DNA from: Chlamydiota bacterium
GTDB lineage: Bacteria > Chlamydiota > Chlamydiia > Chlamydiales > SM23-39
Assembly (NCBI GenBank): GCA_038534095.1
Contig: JBCAXK010000005.1
Span: forward strand, 1 to 62,839
Reading direction: 5' to 3'
Length of the DNA stretch: 62,839 nt
Position numbers and translations under genes: made by a program. Positions 1-9,866 of this stretch are shown piece by piece; within the stretch, counting starts at the first letter, position 1; each line of letters begins with the position of its first letter. Below the pieces are notes generated by a model. It saw nothing but the letters and a program-made list of their open reading frames with translations. It was not told the DNA's origin and did no database searches.

Positions 1-1192
1 ATGTTAAACAAAAGGGATCAGGGATAGAAATATCCTTAGTAACATTGGAGAGTTGCCAAGGTAAAGCAGGGAGAAAGCGCATTGCATAGAGAGGGGATCC
101 GCCTGGCAAACAGATGGAAAATCGGTATCGGCCGTTTGTTGCTTTATGTGTCAAAACGATCGAAGTGGGCACGTTTGGATCGAACGCGAACTGGGCGCGC
201 ATCTCCAAACCGTAAAGCGTTCTTAAGCTTCCCTCCACGTCTAGTACAAGGCCGTTTGTAACGTACCTTTTCCACGACGCAGTATTTTTTTCAGGGAGGG
301 CGATGGTTTCTTGATAGACGCACTCCTCCTCTTCATAAACGCGCACTTCTAATGCTTGTATCGGGCGTTCATGGCGTAAGAGAAGACGGTAAAATGTTTC
401 TGCGTAGAAGATGAACGCCCCATCTTCTTGTGTGGCTCTTGCATTCAAAATTGTGACCTCTGGAAAAGGTCCTGCGCAGTCTCCTACAATGGCTCTATCC
501 GAGGAAAAGTAGGGAGAGGTTTGTTGATAAAAGGCCTGTTTTCTTCGGGCTTGCTCCTCCTTGAAAGCGCTTGTAAGCTCTCCAGCGTAGATGTGCGTAT
601 CGCTAGAGATCCACGGCTTTTTATCTAAAAAAACGTCCCGACTCTTTTGTAGCGTTTGTGTCGGGTTTGGATTTAATGATGGAAAGGAAGCGTGTATATC
701 GCTTTCGATTTGAGAAGCGGCTTTTTTGAAATTTTTTTCCCGAAGGAGGGTTGTGATTTTTTGCAGAACGCCGATTTTTTCATGAATATTTTTTCGCGAA
801 AGCTGTTGGTTTTGCTCTAGAGAGGCCCTAATGTTTGTTGTCCCCTCTTGTTGGTTAGAACTCTTCGAAAAAGTGCTCATCGAGGAGGTGATTTGATCAT
901 CTCGCTGAGAAGAGGGTGCATTGGGGTAGATATTTTGTATGGGGAGCTTGTTTTGAGAATTTGTTTCTTCTACGCCCCAAGAAAGCTCTAAGCCTTCTTC
1001 TAATTTTGTGGCATTTTTCTGCGCGCCTAGGAAAAAGGCGGTTTGTGCGGACTTATCCTGTTTTTGCCATTCTTGGAGAGAGTTTTTCTCTTCAAGATTC
1101 GGTAGCTGCGTCATTGGATCGAGAGGATATACGAGAGAGGGGAGACAAAAAATCAAGAAAGTAAAAAAACGGGACCATTTTGACAGAATCAT
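1..1192 (-). CDS. hypothetical secreted protein; C-terminus lies beyond the window start
   Basis: The minus-strand frame (codons starting at plus positions congruent to 2 mod 3) has no tta/cta/tca from position 2 up to 1234. ATG at 1192-1190 is preceded by AGGAG. The N-terminus MILSKWSRFFTFLIFCLPSLVYP looks like a signal peptide. It is absent from the ORF track because it runs off the window. Confidence 0.55.
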   Translation of the reverse strand, partial: MILSKWSRFFTFLIFCLPSLVYPLDPMTQLPNLEEKNSLQEWQKQDKSAQTAFFLGAQKNATKLEEGLELSWGVEETNSQNKLPIQNIYPNAPSSQRDDQITSSMSTFSKSSNQQEGTTNIRASLEQNQQLSRKNIHEKIGVLQKITTLLREKNFKKAASQIESDIHASFPSLNPNPTQTLQKSRDVFLDKKPWISSDTHIYAGELTSAFKEEQARRKQAFYQQTSPYFSSDRAIVGDCAGPFPEVTILNARATQEDGAFIFYAETFYRLLLRHERPIQALEVRVYEEEECVYQETIALPEKNTASWKRYVTNGLVLDVEGSLRTLYGLEMRAQFAFDPNVPTSIVLTHKATNGRYRFSICLPGGSPLYAMRFLPALPWQLSNVTKDISIPDPFCLT

Positions 1193-1488
1193 TGGCCTGC
1201 TCCTACTATTGATTTGATGAGAAGGGAGTATAGTTCAATACTTTTTTTAAAAAAGAAAAAAATCTCCCGTGATAGTTTTTCAAAGAAATAAACTGCGTAA
1301 GAATCATAAGAAAGTTTTTCTATTTGTAACTGAAAAAGAGAGGGTAAGGGCGTTCAATACCCCTTTCATCCTTAGGAAAACGGACCTAACCTACGCCTAA
1401 GAAAAATTTTGGATAAAATTTGACAAAGACCCTTTTGAAAATCCCGTCAATCGTTCATAATTTTTATAGACGTAACAAAGGAACGCAC

Positions 1489-1704
1489 ATGAACCGGTAT
1501 ATTCTTTCTCTTTTGCTAATAGGTAGTCAGATACAAGCGGTAGAAATCAATAGTTTAGGAACAGCAGCAACGGCCTCAAAAGCGCAGTCTAGTTACACGC
1601 AAAATTGGGTATTTGCAGGCGGGGCTTTGGCCTTAGCTTTTTTAGGAATTCTTCTCGTAACGGTAGACCAGGGGAAAAAAGTGTCTTCTGGAAATGACAA
1701 CTAG
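1489..1704 (+). CDS. small protein with signal peptide and C-terminal TM anchor (paralog A)
   Basis: An internal ATG at 1489 follows AAGGA. Product is MNRYILSLLLIGSQIQA (signal-like), a polar linker with SS..W, then the hydrophobic helix FAGGALALAFLGILLV. Confidence 0.5.
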   Translation: MNRYILSLLLIGSQIQAVEINSLGTAATASKAQSSYTQNWVFAGGALALAFLGILLVTVDQGKKVSSGNDN

Positions 1705-1823
1705 CGTGTTTTCTCTTTTACTTGAAACTACCTCGTGTTTGTTGTAGCGGCGGACCTTTTTTTAAAGCTAGCCATTTAAAGACAAAATCTTTTATTTTGA
1801 AAATGAAAAGCTGAGGAGAACTC

Positions 1824-2762
1824 ATGAGCGCGCTAGATGAACTAAAAACCATGACCGTTGTTGTCGCTGATACAGGCGATTTTGAATCGATGAAGGCTTA
1901 TAAACCTCAAGATGCGACCACGAATCCCTCGTTGATTTTGGCTGCAGCTCAAATGGAGGAGTATCAAGAGCTTTTAGAAACACCCATAGCGAGCGCAAAA
2001 AAGAACGTGGAGCAAGCTTTGGATCAGGTGTTTGTCAATTTTGGAGAGGCCATTTTACGGATCGTTCCAGGGAGAGTATCTACCGAAGTGGATGCTCGCC
2101 TTTCTTTCGATACAGAAGCGAGCGTCAGAAAAGCAAGAACTCTCATCAGTCTCTACGAAAAAAAGGGGATTGATCGGAAGCGGATACTCATCAAGCTTGC
2201 TTCCACATGGGAAGGGATTCAAGCGGCAAAAGTTTTAGAAAAAGAGGGAATTCATTGCAATATGACCCTTCTTTTTTCTTTAGAACAGGCGATCCTTTGC
2301 GGGGAAGTGCAGGCGACTCTTGTCTCTCCTTTTGTTGGGAGGATTTTGGATTGGTACAAAAAAAACGTACAAACCGAGGGATACTCTGCGGAAGAGGATC
2401 CTGGCGTTCTTTCTGTGAAACAGATTTACGCGTACTACAAACATGTGGGGTATTCTACCGAAATCATGGGAGCTTCTTTCCGAAATAAGGAAGAAATTCT
2501 TCAGCTTGCAGGGTGCGATCTTTTGACCATATCACCAAAACTTTTAGGAGAGCTTGAACAGGACTCAGGCCCTGTGATCAGGAAGCTCGAACCAAAAAAA
2601 GATCCTTCAATACAAGAGCGCTCCTTTGATGAAGCCTCTTTTCGCTTTGCTCTTAATGATGATCCGATGGCAACAGAAAAACTGGCTGAGGGGATTCGTA
2701 AGTTTTCTGCAGACATCGTTTCTTTAGAACAATACTTGTTAAAGAAAGCCAAGGGCCTATAA
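1824..2762 (+). CDS. tal: transaldolase
   Basis: 312-aa ORF. The N-terminus [40 protein letters not shown] and the overall length are typical of class I transaldolase. Confidence 0.95.
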   Translation: MSALDELKTMTVVVADTGDFESMKAYKPQDATTNPSLILAAAQMEEYQELLETPIASAKKNVEQALDQVFVNFGEAILRIVPGRVSTEVDARLSFDTEASVRKARTLISLYEKKGIDRKRILIKLASTWEGIQAAKVLEKEGIHCNMTLLFSLEQAILCGEVQATLVSPFVGRILDWYKKNVQTEGYSAEEDPGVLSVKQIYAYYKHVGYSTEIMGASFRNKEEILQLAGCDLLTISPKLLGELEQDSGPVIRKLEPKKDPSIQERSFDEASFRFALNDDPMATEKLAEGIRKFSADIVSLEQYLLKKAKGL

Positions 2763-2919
2763 AAAAGGGTCTATAAAAAAGCGGCGCCATGAATCTTTGG
2801 TTTTGCCTTCTTAAAGCTTTTTTTCTCTTTTCCAGAAAGCCTTCGATGAGCGGTTTTTTGCAGGAAAAATAGTCAATCCTTATTCAAGAAATGGGAGGAA
2901 ACGGCAAGTAGATTGGCAC

Positions 2920-3636
2920 CTACTTTAGCGAAGAGATCGCTGATTGTGGCGGGCGCACTTTTCGTTCTAATTCCTTCAAGACAAGATAATGCCAATAACT
3001 TCCCTGTTCTGGGCACTCGTTTGTTAGGTAGGCATGGAAGTCTAAGACGTTTGCTTTTTTCTCTTTTTCCGAGACGGTAGCTTTTTGTAGAAGCGAGGTG
3101 AGATGGGTAAAATATTGTCCAATTTTTTGCTCCCGCGTAGGGTCCTTTAGCTCGCGCACAAGATCGGTTGTCACATTGAAAGACCGGAAAACGCTTGTGA
3201 ATATTTTCCGAAATTTTCCAAACTCTGTTCCATCACTAGCGCCTGTGATGATGTGCGCTTGACCATCACGCAAAAAAATGCATTGGAGCATCTTGATTTT
3301 GGATCCGCTATTTTGGATCGTAATTTCTGTTAGCTCAGCTTTTCCTATTTTTGTTTGGAGCGGGCCTAGCCTTCTCCAAGAAGTAGAGGGGTTGGCTGTA
3401 TGGAGTTTTTTGACAATGTCTAGATACTCTTTTTGTGAAATAGTCCCGACAGATTCTTCGGCAATATTGATAGAAGGGGCAAAAGAGCTGGCTCCTTTCC
3501 CTACGTATCCCATTTGCACGAAAGGGGTCAGGCTATTGGGATCAATTTCCTTCCAACCTTTCGGGGGGATGAAGTAGGCAGTTCCTTGAGAAAAAAGGGG
3601 AGAGAAACAAACAAAAAAAAGGAAAAAGAATTTCAT
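2920..3636 (-). CDS. secreted hypothetical protein (possibly PsbP/DcrB-like fold)
   Basis: Using the internal start MKFFFLFFVCFSPLFSQG (signal peptide) avoids overlap with the upstream small gene. The pattern PPKGWKEIDPNS...PSINIAEESVG...SQKEYLD resembles DUF1795/PsbP-like proteins; this is a weak pattern-level call only. Confidence 0.55.
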   Translation of the reverse strand: MKFFFLFFVCFSPLFSQGTAYFIPPKGWKEIDPNSLTPFVQMGYVGKGASSFAPSINIAEESVGTISQKEYLDIVKKLHTANPSTSWRRLGPLQTKIGKAELTEITIQNSGSKIKMLQCIFLRDGQAHIITGASDGTEFGKFRKIFTSVFRSFNVTTDLVRELKDPTREQKIGQYFTHLTSLLQKATVSEKEKKANVLDFHAYLTNECPEQGSYWHYLVLKELERKVRPPQSAISSLK

Positions 3637-3656
3637 AATAGACTCGTAAAATGGGT

Positions 3657-3866
3657 TCAATCTCTTGATTGAAATAGTCCTGCTAAAACGGCGGCAGAAA
3701 CGCCTAGAACAACGCCCCATGCAACCATAGAGTAGGCAATCAAATGTGTGGAGCTACTGATGGCAGCTTCTCCTCTCGATTTTATCGTGCGCATTTCTGT
3801 TGCTTGATAAGTATTTTGCGCAGATAAGGGAGAGAGAAGTATGAGTAGAGCGTAGATAAAACGCAT
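3657..3866 (-). CDS. small protein with signal peptide and C-terminal TM anchor (paralog B)
   Basis: ATG at 3866 is preceded by the strong SD AAAGGAGG. Product is MRFIYALLILLSPLSAQ, a polar linker with SSS..., then WGVVLGVSAAVLAGLF. Confidence 0.55.
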   Translation of the reverse strand: MRFIYALLILLSPLSAQNTYQATEMRTIKSRGEAAISSSTHLIAYSMVAWGVVLGVSAAVLAGLFQSRD

Positions 3867-3935
3867 AATATTTCCTCCTTTATTCAAAGCCTCTCAAAAT
3901 ATTCAAGAGGCTCATAGAATGCTGATAACAATGGA

Positions 3936-4187
3936 TTAGCTACTTTGAGAGAATGTAGGTGATCTGTCTGTAGAACTTGTTGCAGCAAGAGTAGCAACGG
4001 TGACAAGAATAGCTAGGGTTCCGATGGCTACAGGCCAAGCAAAGTCAAAGCTAGCTTCTGAGCTATATAGGGCGGCAGATCCCTTTTTGTCTTTATACTT
4101 GTATCCATTTTGGGCTTTTAGTGCGTGAGCGTTTGCGCTGAAAAATAGCATACAAGCGCAGGTAACTGCAGTGGCAAATTTTTTCAT
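3936..4187 (-). CDS. small protein with signal peptide and C-terminal TM anchor (paralog C)
   Basis: ATG at 4187 is preceded by AAGGAGAG. Product is MKKFATAVTCACMLFFSANAHA, a linker with YSSEASFDFAW, then PVAIGTLAILVTVATLAA. Confidence 0.55.
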   Translation of the reverse strand: MKKFATAVTCACMLFFSANAHALKAQNGYKYKDKKGSAALYSSEASFDFAWPVAIGTLAILVTVATLAATSSTDRSPTFSQSS

Positions 4188-4788
4188 GGTTCTCTCCTTG
4201 TGAGTTCGTTTATCTAGCAAACCAAACTAGATCTTCATCTAAAAACTAGAAAACACAATGCTGATATAATTTTCTACAATTTTTTCTTTCCAAGAGTAGT
4301 TTTTTGATCAAGGAATCCAAAAGATCCCGATTTATCACGAAACTGGAGGAAAAATCCGTCTCGATCTAGGCATTAGGAAGCCCGTTTTTCCCTATGAGCG
4401 TCTTGCAGGTAGTTGATCTAGACAAGGAGCCGTCAAACCGCATAAGATCTTTCAGTCCCATAACGCCCTTTTTTACCATCTTGAGTCTGCACAGTAAGGC
4501 TTTGTCTACGTAAGTAAAGAACAGTTTAGTGATAGAAGCCCTTTGCAGAAGCTTCGTTCTCGGGCAGTGATCGGCTGCTTTTGAGCAACTTCGCCCGCTT
4601 TTTGCTGATCGTTTTCGCTTGTCTTCTAGGCATGTCTACAAACAAGTTCTTCGAAAAAAGCAAAAAATGTTGTCGTACTTGTTGCTTTTTGTAAGGCTTT
4701 CTTTCTAACTACTTTTAGGCAAAATCCTTCTCGCAATAAAAGAAAGTTTCGGGTATTCTTGCGTAAGATAACTTTGTATGGAAAATTC

Positions 4789-5415
4789 ATGAAGCAAACT
4801 TCTAAAAATGCTCTTGCAGCTCTTTGTTCCACCATTCGCAAAGAAACGATTGAGCCGGCTCAATCTGAGGCGACAGAGATTTTAGATAATGCTAGAGTCG
4901 AACGGGAGCAGATTCTGCAAGGCGCTAGAGAAAAAAGCAGAAAAATCACCCAGGAAACAGAGGAAAAACTCGCAAAAATTGAAAAATCTTTTCAAGCTTC
5001 TCTAGAAAGCGCGATGTCTCAGGCGATCGACACGCTCAAGCAAACTATTGAAAAAGATCTTTTTGAGCCTGCAATCTCCTCTCTTTTTACAAAAGAATTA
5101 CACGATCCTAAACTCTTGGCTAAGCTCATTGAAGCGGTAGCAAGCGCGATAGAAAGCGAAGGTCTTGAACCTGACCTAGAGCTTTTTGTCACAAAAGAGG
5201 TGGATAAAAAGAAGCTTTTAGGCGCGCTTGTTGGAAATATAAAAAAACGATTGAGCGAAGAAAAAATTCAGGAACTTCCTCTGCAAGAGGGAATTGCCTT
5301 AAAATTAGAGGGGGAGGGCTTGACGATTGATCTTACAAGGCCCGCTCTTGAAGCATTTTTACGAAACTTTTTGGGAAGTGCCTTCAACGATCTGATTTTT
5401 CAAAAGACGCCGTAA
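4789..5415 (+). CDS. atpE: V-type ATPase subunit E
   Basis: About 208-aa, highly charged helical protein (REQILQGAREKSRKITQETEEKLAKIEK). It is the first gene of the V-ATPase operon. Start taken at the first ATG of the ORF. Confidence 0.7.
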   Translation: MKQTSKNALAALCSTIRKETIEPAQSEATEILDNARVEREQILQGAREKSRKITQETEEKLAKIEKSFQASLESAMSQAIDTLKQTIEKDLFEPAISSLFTKELHDPKLLAKLIEAVASAIESEGLEPDLELFVTKEVDKKKLLGALVGNIKKRLSEEKIQELPLQEGIALKLEGEGLTIDLTRPALEAFLRNFLGSAFNDLIFQKTP

Positions 5416-5421
5416 CCTTGT

Positions 5422-6177
5422 ATGCTCTACTACTTTTTAACAACGGCATTCCCTGAAGTTCATACAAAGTCTTTGCCGGAGATGTCTTTTCAAGAGCTCA
5501 GTGATCTTTTGCTAGAAAGCCTTTCTGAGAAAGATCAAGAGGCTTATCGGGATTTTTTACTCTATATCGACTTGAAAAACATCAAAGCATTTCTTCTGGG
5601 AAAACCCCTTGATCCAAGAGGTTTTTTGTCCCAGAAAGAACTTCGAGAAGCGCTTTTGCGAAGAGAGGGTCTGCCCGATTACCTCTTTGAGTTTTTTGAT
5701 CGATTTGAAGGGAAAAAAGAGCAGGTATTACGTTACGCATCGGTTTACGCCCAGTTTTTCTCGGAAAATAGGACCGGATTTTTGGGCAAGTACTTTGGAT
5801 TTGTCCGTTCTATGCGGCTTGTCCTTACCGCCCTTCGAGCGCAAAGGTGGCATAGAAACCTTGATGAAGAGCTGCAATTTGAGCCAATAGACAGCTCCCT
5901 CCCTGCGTACATCCTTGCGCAAAAGGGTGCAAAAGATTTTGAGCCCCCTGAAGAATTTGCGGATCTTAAAACGCTTTTTGTAGCGCATGAAGAGGCTCCT
6001 ATGGATTTTGAGAAGAAACTGCTCGAATACCAGATCAAAAAAATAGAAGAGCTGGAAGAGGGGAGACTGTTTCAGATCGATCAAGTTCTTGCGTTTGCTG
6101 CAAAGCTCTTGCTTGTCGAGTCTTGGCACAATCTTGATCAAGAAAAAGGGAAAGCAGCGCTGGATCAACTTATTTAA
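5422..6177 (+). CDS. conserved hypothetical protein of chlamydial V-ATPase operons (possible subunit C/d equivalent)
   Basis: 251-aa ORF between atpE and atpA. From memory this is the same position as the hypothetical gene in Chlamydia atp operons. I recognised no enzymatic motif. Confidence 0.6.
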   Translation: MLYYFLTTAFPEVHTKSLPEMSFQELSDLLLESLSEKDQEAYRDFLLYIDLKNIKAFLLGKPLDPRGFLSQKELREALLRREGLPDYLFEFFDRFEGKKEQVLRYASVYAQFFSENRTGFLGKYFGFVRSMRLVLTALRAQRWHRNLDEELQFEPIDSSLPAYILAQKGAKDFEPPEEFADLKTLFVAHEEAPMDFEKKLLEYQIKKIEELEEGRLFQIDQVLAFAAKLLLVESWHNLDQEKGKAALDQLI

Positions 6178-6196
6178 ACTTTTTAGGGAAACGACT

Positions 6197-7957
6197 ATGG
6201 AATATGCGAGCGGCATTGTTACAAAAGGCTTAGGAAACCTCCTATACGTAGAGTTTACAGGATCGATTCGTTTAGGAGAAATAGGAGCCGTTCTATTAGG
6301 CGAGCTTGCGCTCATGGCAGAAGTCATTGAAGTTGCTGGAAACCTTGCAAAAATGCAGGTATTTGAAGATACAAAAGAAATTGCTTACGGAACGCCTGTC
6401 CGTTTTCAGGGGCATCTTTTAGAAGCAGAGCTTGGGCCAGGGCTTTTAGGAACAGTATTTGACGGTTTGCAAAACCCTCTTCGTAAGCTAGCTAAGCAGT
6501 CAGGCCTCTTTTTAGAAAGGGGAATCTATCAGCCCTCTTTGGACCGGGAAAAGCTCTGGCATTTCAATCCTACAGAAGCTCCTTTAGAAAAGGTCTCCAA
6601 GGGAGATCTTCTAGGTGTTGTGGAAGAGGGGAGATTTTCCCATCAAATCATGGTTCCTTTTTCTTTGCATGGTACATTTTCCCTACAGTTTTTAGCCAAA
6701 GAAGGGGACTACACAATCGAAGAGACCATCGCCATTCTTAAAAGCGAAGAGGAGAAAGAATTTCCGATCACTATGTTGCAAAAATGGCCCGTAAAGTCTC
6801 CTCTACAAGTGGGAAAAAAAGTCCGCGCTCAAGAGATGATGCAAACAGGATTGCGGATCATCGATACGCAATTCCCCATTGTTAAAGGGGGCACTTTTTG
6901 CTCACCAGGACCTTTTGGAGCGGGGAAAACGGTCTTGCAACACCACCTGTCCAAGTATTCATCGGTCGATGTTGTTGTGATTGTTGCTTGCGGAGAAAGA
7001 GCGGGGGAAGTGGTTGAAGTGCTCGAAACGTTTCCTGAACTGATCGATCAAAAAACAAATCGCCCCTTGATGGATCGTACCGTCATGATCTGCAATACAT
7101 CGTCGATGCCAGTAGCGGCTAGAGAAGCCTCTGTTTATATGGGGTCTAGCATTGCAGAGTACTACCGGCAGATGGGCCTCGATGTTCTTCTTTTGGCCGA
7201 TTCCACCTCTAGGTGGGCGCAGGCCATGCGAGAAATGTCGGGTCGGTTAGAAGAAATTCCTGGAGAAGAAGCCTTCCCAGCTTATTTGGGTTCGCGAATT
7301 GCCGCATTTTACGAGAGGGCAGGTGTCTTACGTATGGGACAAAAAACAGGTTCTCTTACCATCGGAGGGACGGTGTCTCCTGCCGGGGGGAACTTTGAAG
7401 AACCTGTGACTCAGACCACCCTGACTTTGGCAGGAGCCTTTTACGCTCTTTCAAGAGCAAGGGCTGATGCAAGGCAGTACCCAGCGATCGATCCGCTCAT
7501 TTCTTGGACGAAGTATGTGGGTCAAGTGGGGGAAGCGATGGAGACCCATTTGCCCGATTGGACCCATTTTGTGAGCCAAGCAAAAGAGCTCTTAAGAAAA
7601 GGGGACGAAATTGGCAAAAGGATGGAAGTTGTTGGAGAAGAGGGCGTTTCCATACAAGATATCACCCTTTATCTCAAAGCGGAGCTCTACGATATAGGGT
7701 ATTTGCAGCAAAATGCCTTTGATAAGGAAGATGCCTATTGCCCTCTAGAGAGACAAGTTGCTCTGTTTCAGTTGATACAAAGCATCCTGGCTCAAGAGTT
7801 TGCCTTTAGTTCCAATGATGAAGCCAGAGAGTTTTTCTTAAGTTTGCAAAATCGTATAAAAAACATGAACTACCTTCCCTACCGGTCGGATGCTTATGAA
7901 ACAGCCTACCGGTCAATCGAAGAGCAGCTAAAAGAATGTCAAGGAGCCTGCATATGA
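6197..7957 (+). CDS. atpA: V-type ATPase catalytic subunit A
   Basis: Walker A motif GPFGAGKTV and the typical A-subunit non-homologous region are present. Start chosen at [11 protein letters not shown] (ATG 6197). Confidence 0.95.
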   Translation: MEYASGIVTKGLGNLLYVEFTGSIRLGEIGAVLLGELALMAEVIEVAGNLAKMQVFEDTKEIAYGTPVRFQGHLLEAELGPGLLGTVFDGLQNPLRKLAKQSGLFLERGIYQPSLDREKLWHFNPTEAPLEKVSKGDLLGVVEEGRFSHQIMVPFSLHGTFSLQFLAKEGDYTIEETIAILKSEEEKEFPITMLQKWPVKSPLQVGKKVRAQEMMQTGLRIIDTQFPIVKGGTFCSPGPFGAGKTVLQHHLSKYSSVDVVVIVACGERAGEVVEVLETFPELIDQKTNRPLMDRTVMICNTSSMPVAAREASVYMGSSIAEYYRQMGLDVLLLADSTSRWAQAMREMSGRLEEIPGEEAFPAYLGSRIAAFYERAGVLRMGQKTGSLTIGGTVSPAGGNFEEPVTQTTLTLAGAFYALSRARADARQYPAIDPLISWTKYVGQVGEAMETHLPDWTHFVSQAKELLRKGDEIGKRMEVVGEEGVSIQDITLYLKAELYDIGYLQQNAFDKEDAYCPLERQVALFQLIQSILAQEFAFSSNDEAREFFLSLQNRIKNMNYLPYRSDAYETAYRSIEEQLKECQGACI

Positions 7958-9258
7958 GAAAAGTCTATGATCGTATTTTAGCGATTCGTGGAAGTTTGAT
8001 CACCATCCGAGCAAAAAAAGCGGGATTGGGAGAACTTGCGTTGGTGCAAAAGCAAGATGGTACTTCGACGCTAGCTTCTGTTGTCCGTTTTGATGATGAG
8101 CTCATTTCCTTGCAGGTCTTTGCCTCTACAAGGGGGATTTCCACCGGAGACAAAGTTTCTTTTCTCGGCGAAAGTATCCGCGCGGTTTATTCAAAAAAGT
8201 TGCTAGGAAGAAGATTGAATGGAAAGGGGGATCCGATCGATGAAGGTCCTAAAGTCGAAGGAGCTCTCGTGGAAGTGGGCAGGCCTTCCTTCAATCCCAT
8301 CAATAGAACGGTACCAAAACAACAGGTCCGCACCAATATCCCAATGATTGATGTCTTCAACTCGCTCGTAAAATCCCAAAAAATCCCGATTTTTTCTACA
8401 GCAGGGGAACCCTATAACGAGCTCATTATGCGCATTGCGAACCAGACCGATGCTGACGTAGTTGTTATTGGGGGCATGGGACTTCGTTTTGATGATTATC
8501 AGGCCCTTGTCGATAACGCAAGCGCTTCAGGCTCGATGGCCAACACCGTCATGTACATCCATAAAGCCACCGACCCGTTAGTCGAGTGTTTGCTTGTTCC
8601 CGATATGGCGCTAGCTGTTGCAGAAAATTTCGCGCAAGATGGGCAAGACGTTCTTGTGGTTCTGACCGATATGAGCGCTTTTGCCGATGCCATCAAGGAA
8701 ATTGCGATCACCATGGATCAGATTCCATCGAATAGAGGCTACCCAGGATCTCTCTATTCGGATTTAGCCTCCCGTTACGAAAAAGCGGTAGAAATTGACG
8801 GGGAGGGTTCGATCACGATTTTATCGGTCACAACAATGCCTGGAGGGGACGTGACGCATCCTATTCCCGATAATACTGGCTACATCACAGAAGGGCAATT
8901 TTATCTAGAAGAGGGAAAAATCAACCCTTTTGGTTCTTTATCGAGGCTTAAACAGCAAGTGATTGGCAAAGCGACTAGAGAAGATCATAATGATCTTGCC
9001 AATACGATGATCCGTCTTTACGCCGAATCTAAGAAAGCACGAGAAAGGGAATCCATGGGTTTTAAACTCTCGAAATGGGATCAAAAACTCCTCCGTTATT
9101 CGGGGTTTTTTGAAGAGAAAATGATGAATCTCTCCGTCAATATTCCGTTAGAACAGGCGCTCGATTTGGGATGGCAAATTCTTTCCGATTGCTTTTTCGT
9201 CGGAGAAATCGGCATGAAAGCCGCGTTTACGAACAAGTACTGGCCAAAAGAAAAATGA
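7954..9258 (+). CDS. atpB: V-type ATPase subunit B
   Basis: The ATG overlaps the atpA stop (ATGA). The 434-aa product has B-subunit core sequence ([29 protein letters not shown]). Confidence 0.93.
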   Translation: MRKVYDRILAIRGSLITIRAKKAGLGELALVQKQDGTSTLASVVRFDDELISLQVFASTRGISTGDKVSFLGESIRAVYSKKLLGRRLNGKGDPIDEGPKVEGALVEVGRPSFNPINRTVPKQQVRTNIPMIDVFNSLVKSQKIPIFSTAGEPYNELIMRIANQTDADVVVIGGMGLRFDDYQALVDNASASGSMANTVMYIHKATDPLVECLLVPDMALAVAENFAQDGQDVLVVLTDMSAFADAIKEIAITMDQIPSNRGYPGSLYSDLASRYEKAVEIDGEGSITILSVTTMPGGDVTHPIPDNTGYITEGQFYLEEGKINPFGSLSRLKQQVIGKATREDHNDLANTMIRLYAESKKARERESMGFKLSKWDQKLLRYSGFFEEKMMNLSVNIPLEQALDLGWQILSDCFFVGEIGMKAAFTNKYWPKEK

Positions 9259-9866
9259 GTAGGGTTCGGTTAACAAAAAATTCTCTTCGGGAGCAAGAAA
9301 AACAGCTGCAACAACTGGAAAAATACCTCCCCACATTGCAGCTGAAAAAAAACCTTCTACAAACCGAAGTATGCGCAGCGAAGGGAGAAATTCTTACAAA
9401 AAAAGAACTCTTTATTGCTGTAAAAAAAACATTAGAACAGTTTGCTCCCCTTTTTCTTGAGGAAATTGACTACGATTTTTCTCAGCTTTTAGAAGTCCAG
9501 CATGTGAATAAATATTATGAAAATATCGCTGGCGTTGAGATTCCTGTATTTGAAAGCGTCCGGTTTCAAGAAGAGCTCTTCTTCCTTTTTGACACCCCCC
9601 CTTGGCTCAATAGCGCTTTAGACCAAGCAAAACAAGCCGTAACGATCAAAGAGCATATAGCCGTTTTGGAAGAGAAAAAAAGAAGTTTAGAAAAAGAACT
9701 TCGTGAAGTTTCTCTGCGGGTCAATCTATTTGAAAAGGTGCTCATTCCTAGAGCGAAAGGACACATCAAAAAAATTCATGTCTTTTTAGGGGATCAAGAG
9801 CTCGCAGCTGTTGCTCAAGCAAAGATTGCTAAAGAAAAAATTGAGAAAAAAAAGAAAACTGCATGA
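9255..9866 (+). CDS. atpD: V-type ATPase subunit D
   Basis: ATGA overlap with atpB. N-terminus [28 protein letters not shown] is typical of coiled-coil subunit D. Confidence 0.85.
   Translation: MSRVRLTKNSLREQEKQLQQLEKYLPTLQLKKNLLQTEVCAAKGEILTKKELFIAVKKTLEQFAPLFLEEIDYDFSQLLEVQHVNKYYENIAGVEIPVFESVRFQEELFFLFDTPPWLNSALDQAKQAVTIKEHIAVLEEKKRSLEKELREVSLRVNLFEKVLIPRAKGHIKKIHVFLGDQELAAVAQAKIAKEKIEKKKKTA

Noticed and set aside
4221-4758. Possible RNase P, tmRNA or SRP RNA in the long spacer
   Set aside because: The conserved cores of these RNAs, as I remember them, are absent on both strands. Examples are ACAGAA-CCGGCTTA of RNase P and the tRNA-like end of tmRNA.
4626-4841. 71-aa minus-strand ORF overlapping the atpE start
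   Set aside because: It is antisense to the atpE 5' end, has no SD or motif, and its composition is typical of a spurious ORF.
5728-6327. 199-aa minus-strand ORF (and the 97-aa ORF at 5745-6038) antisense to the V-ATPase operon
   Set aside because: It fully overlaps well-supported plus-strand genes. The sequence is low-complexity and K/R/F-rich, typical of antisense reading of a coding region, and it has no motif.
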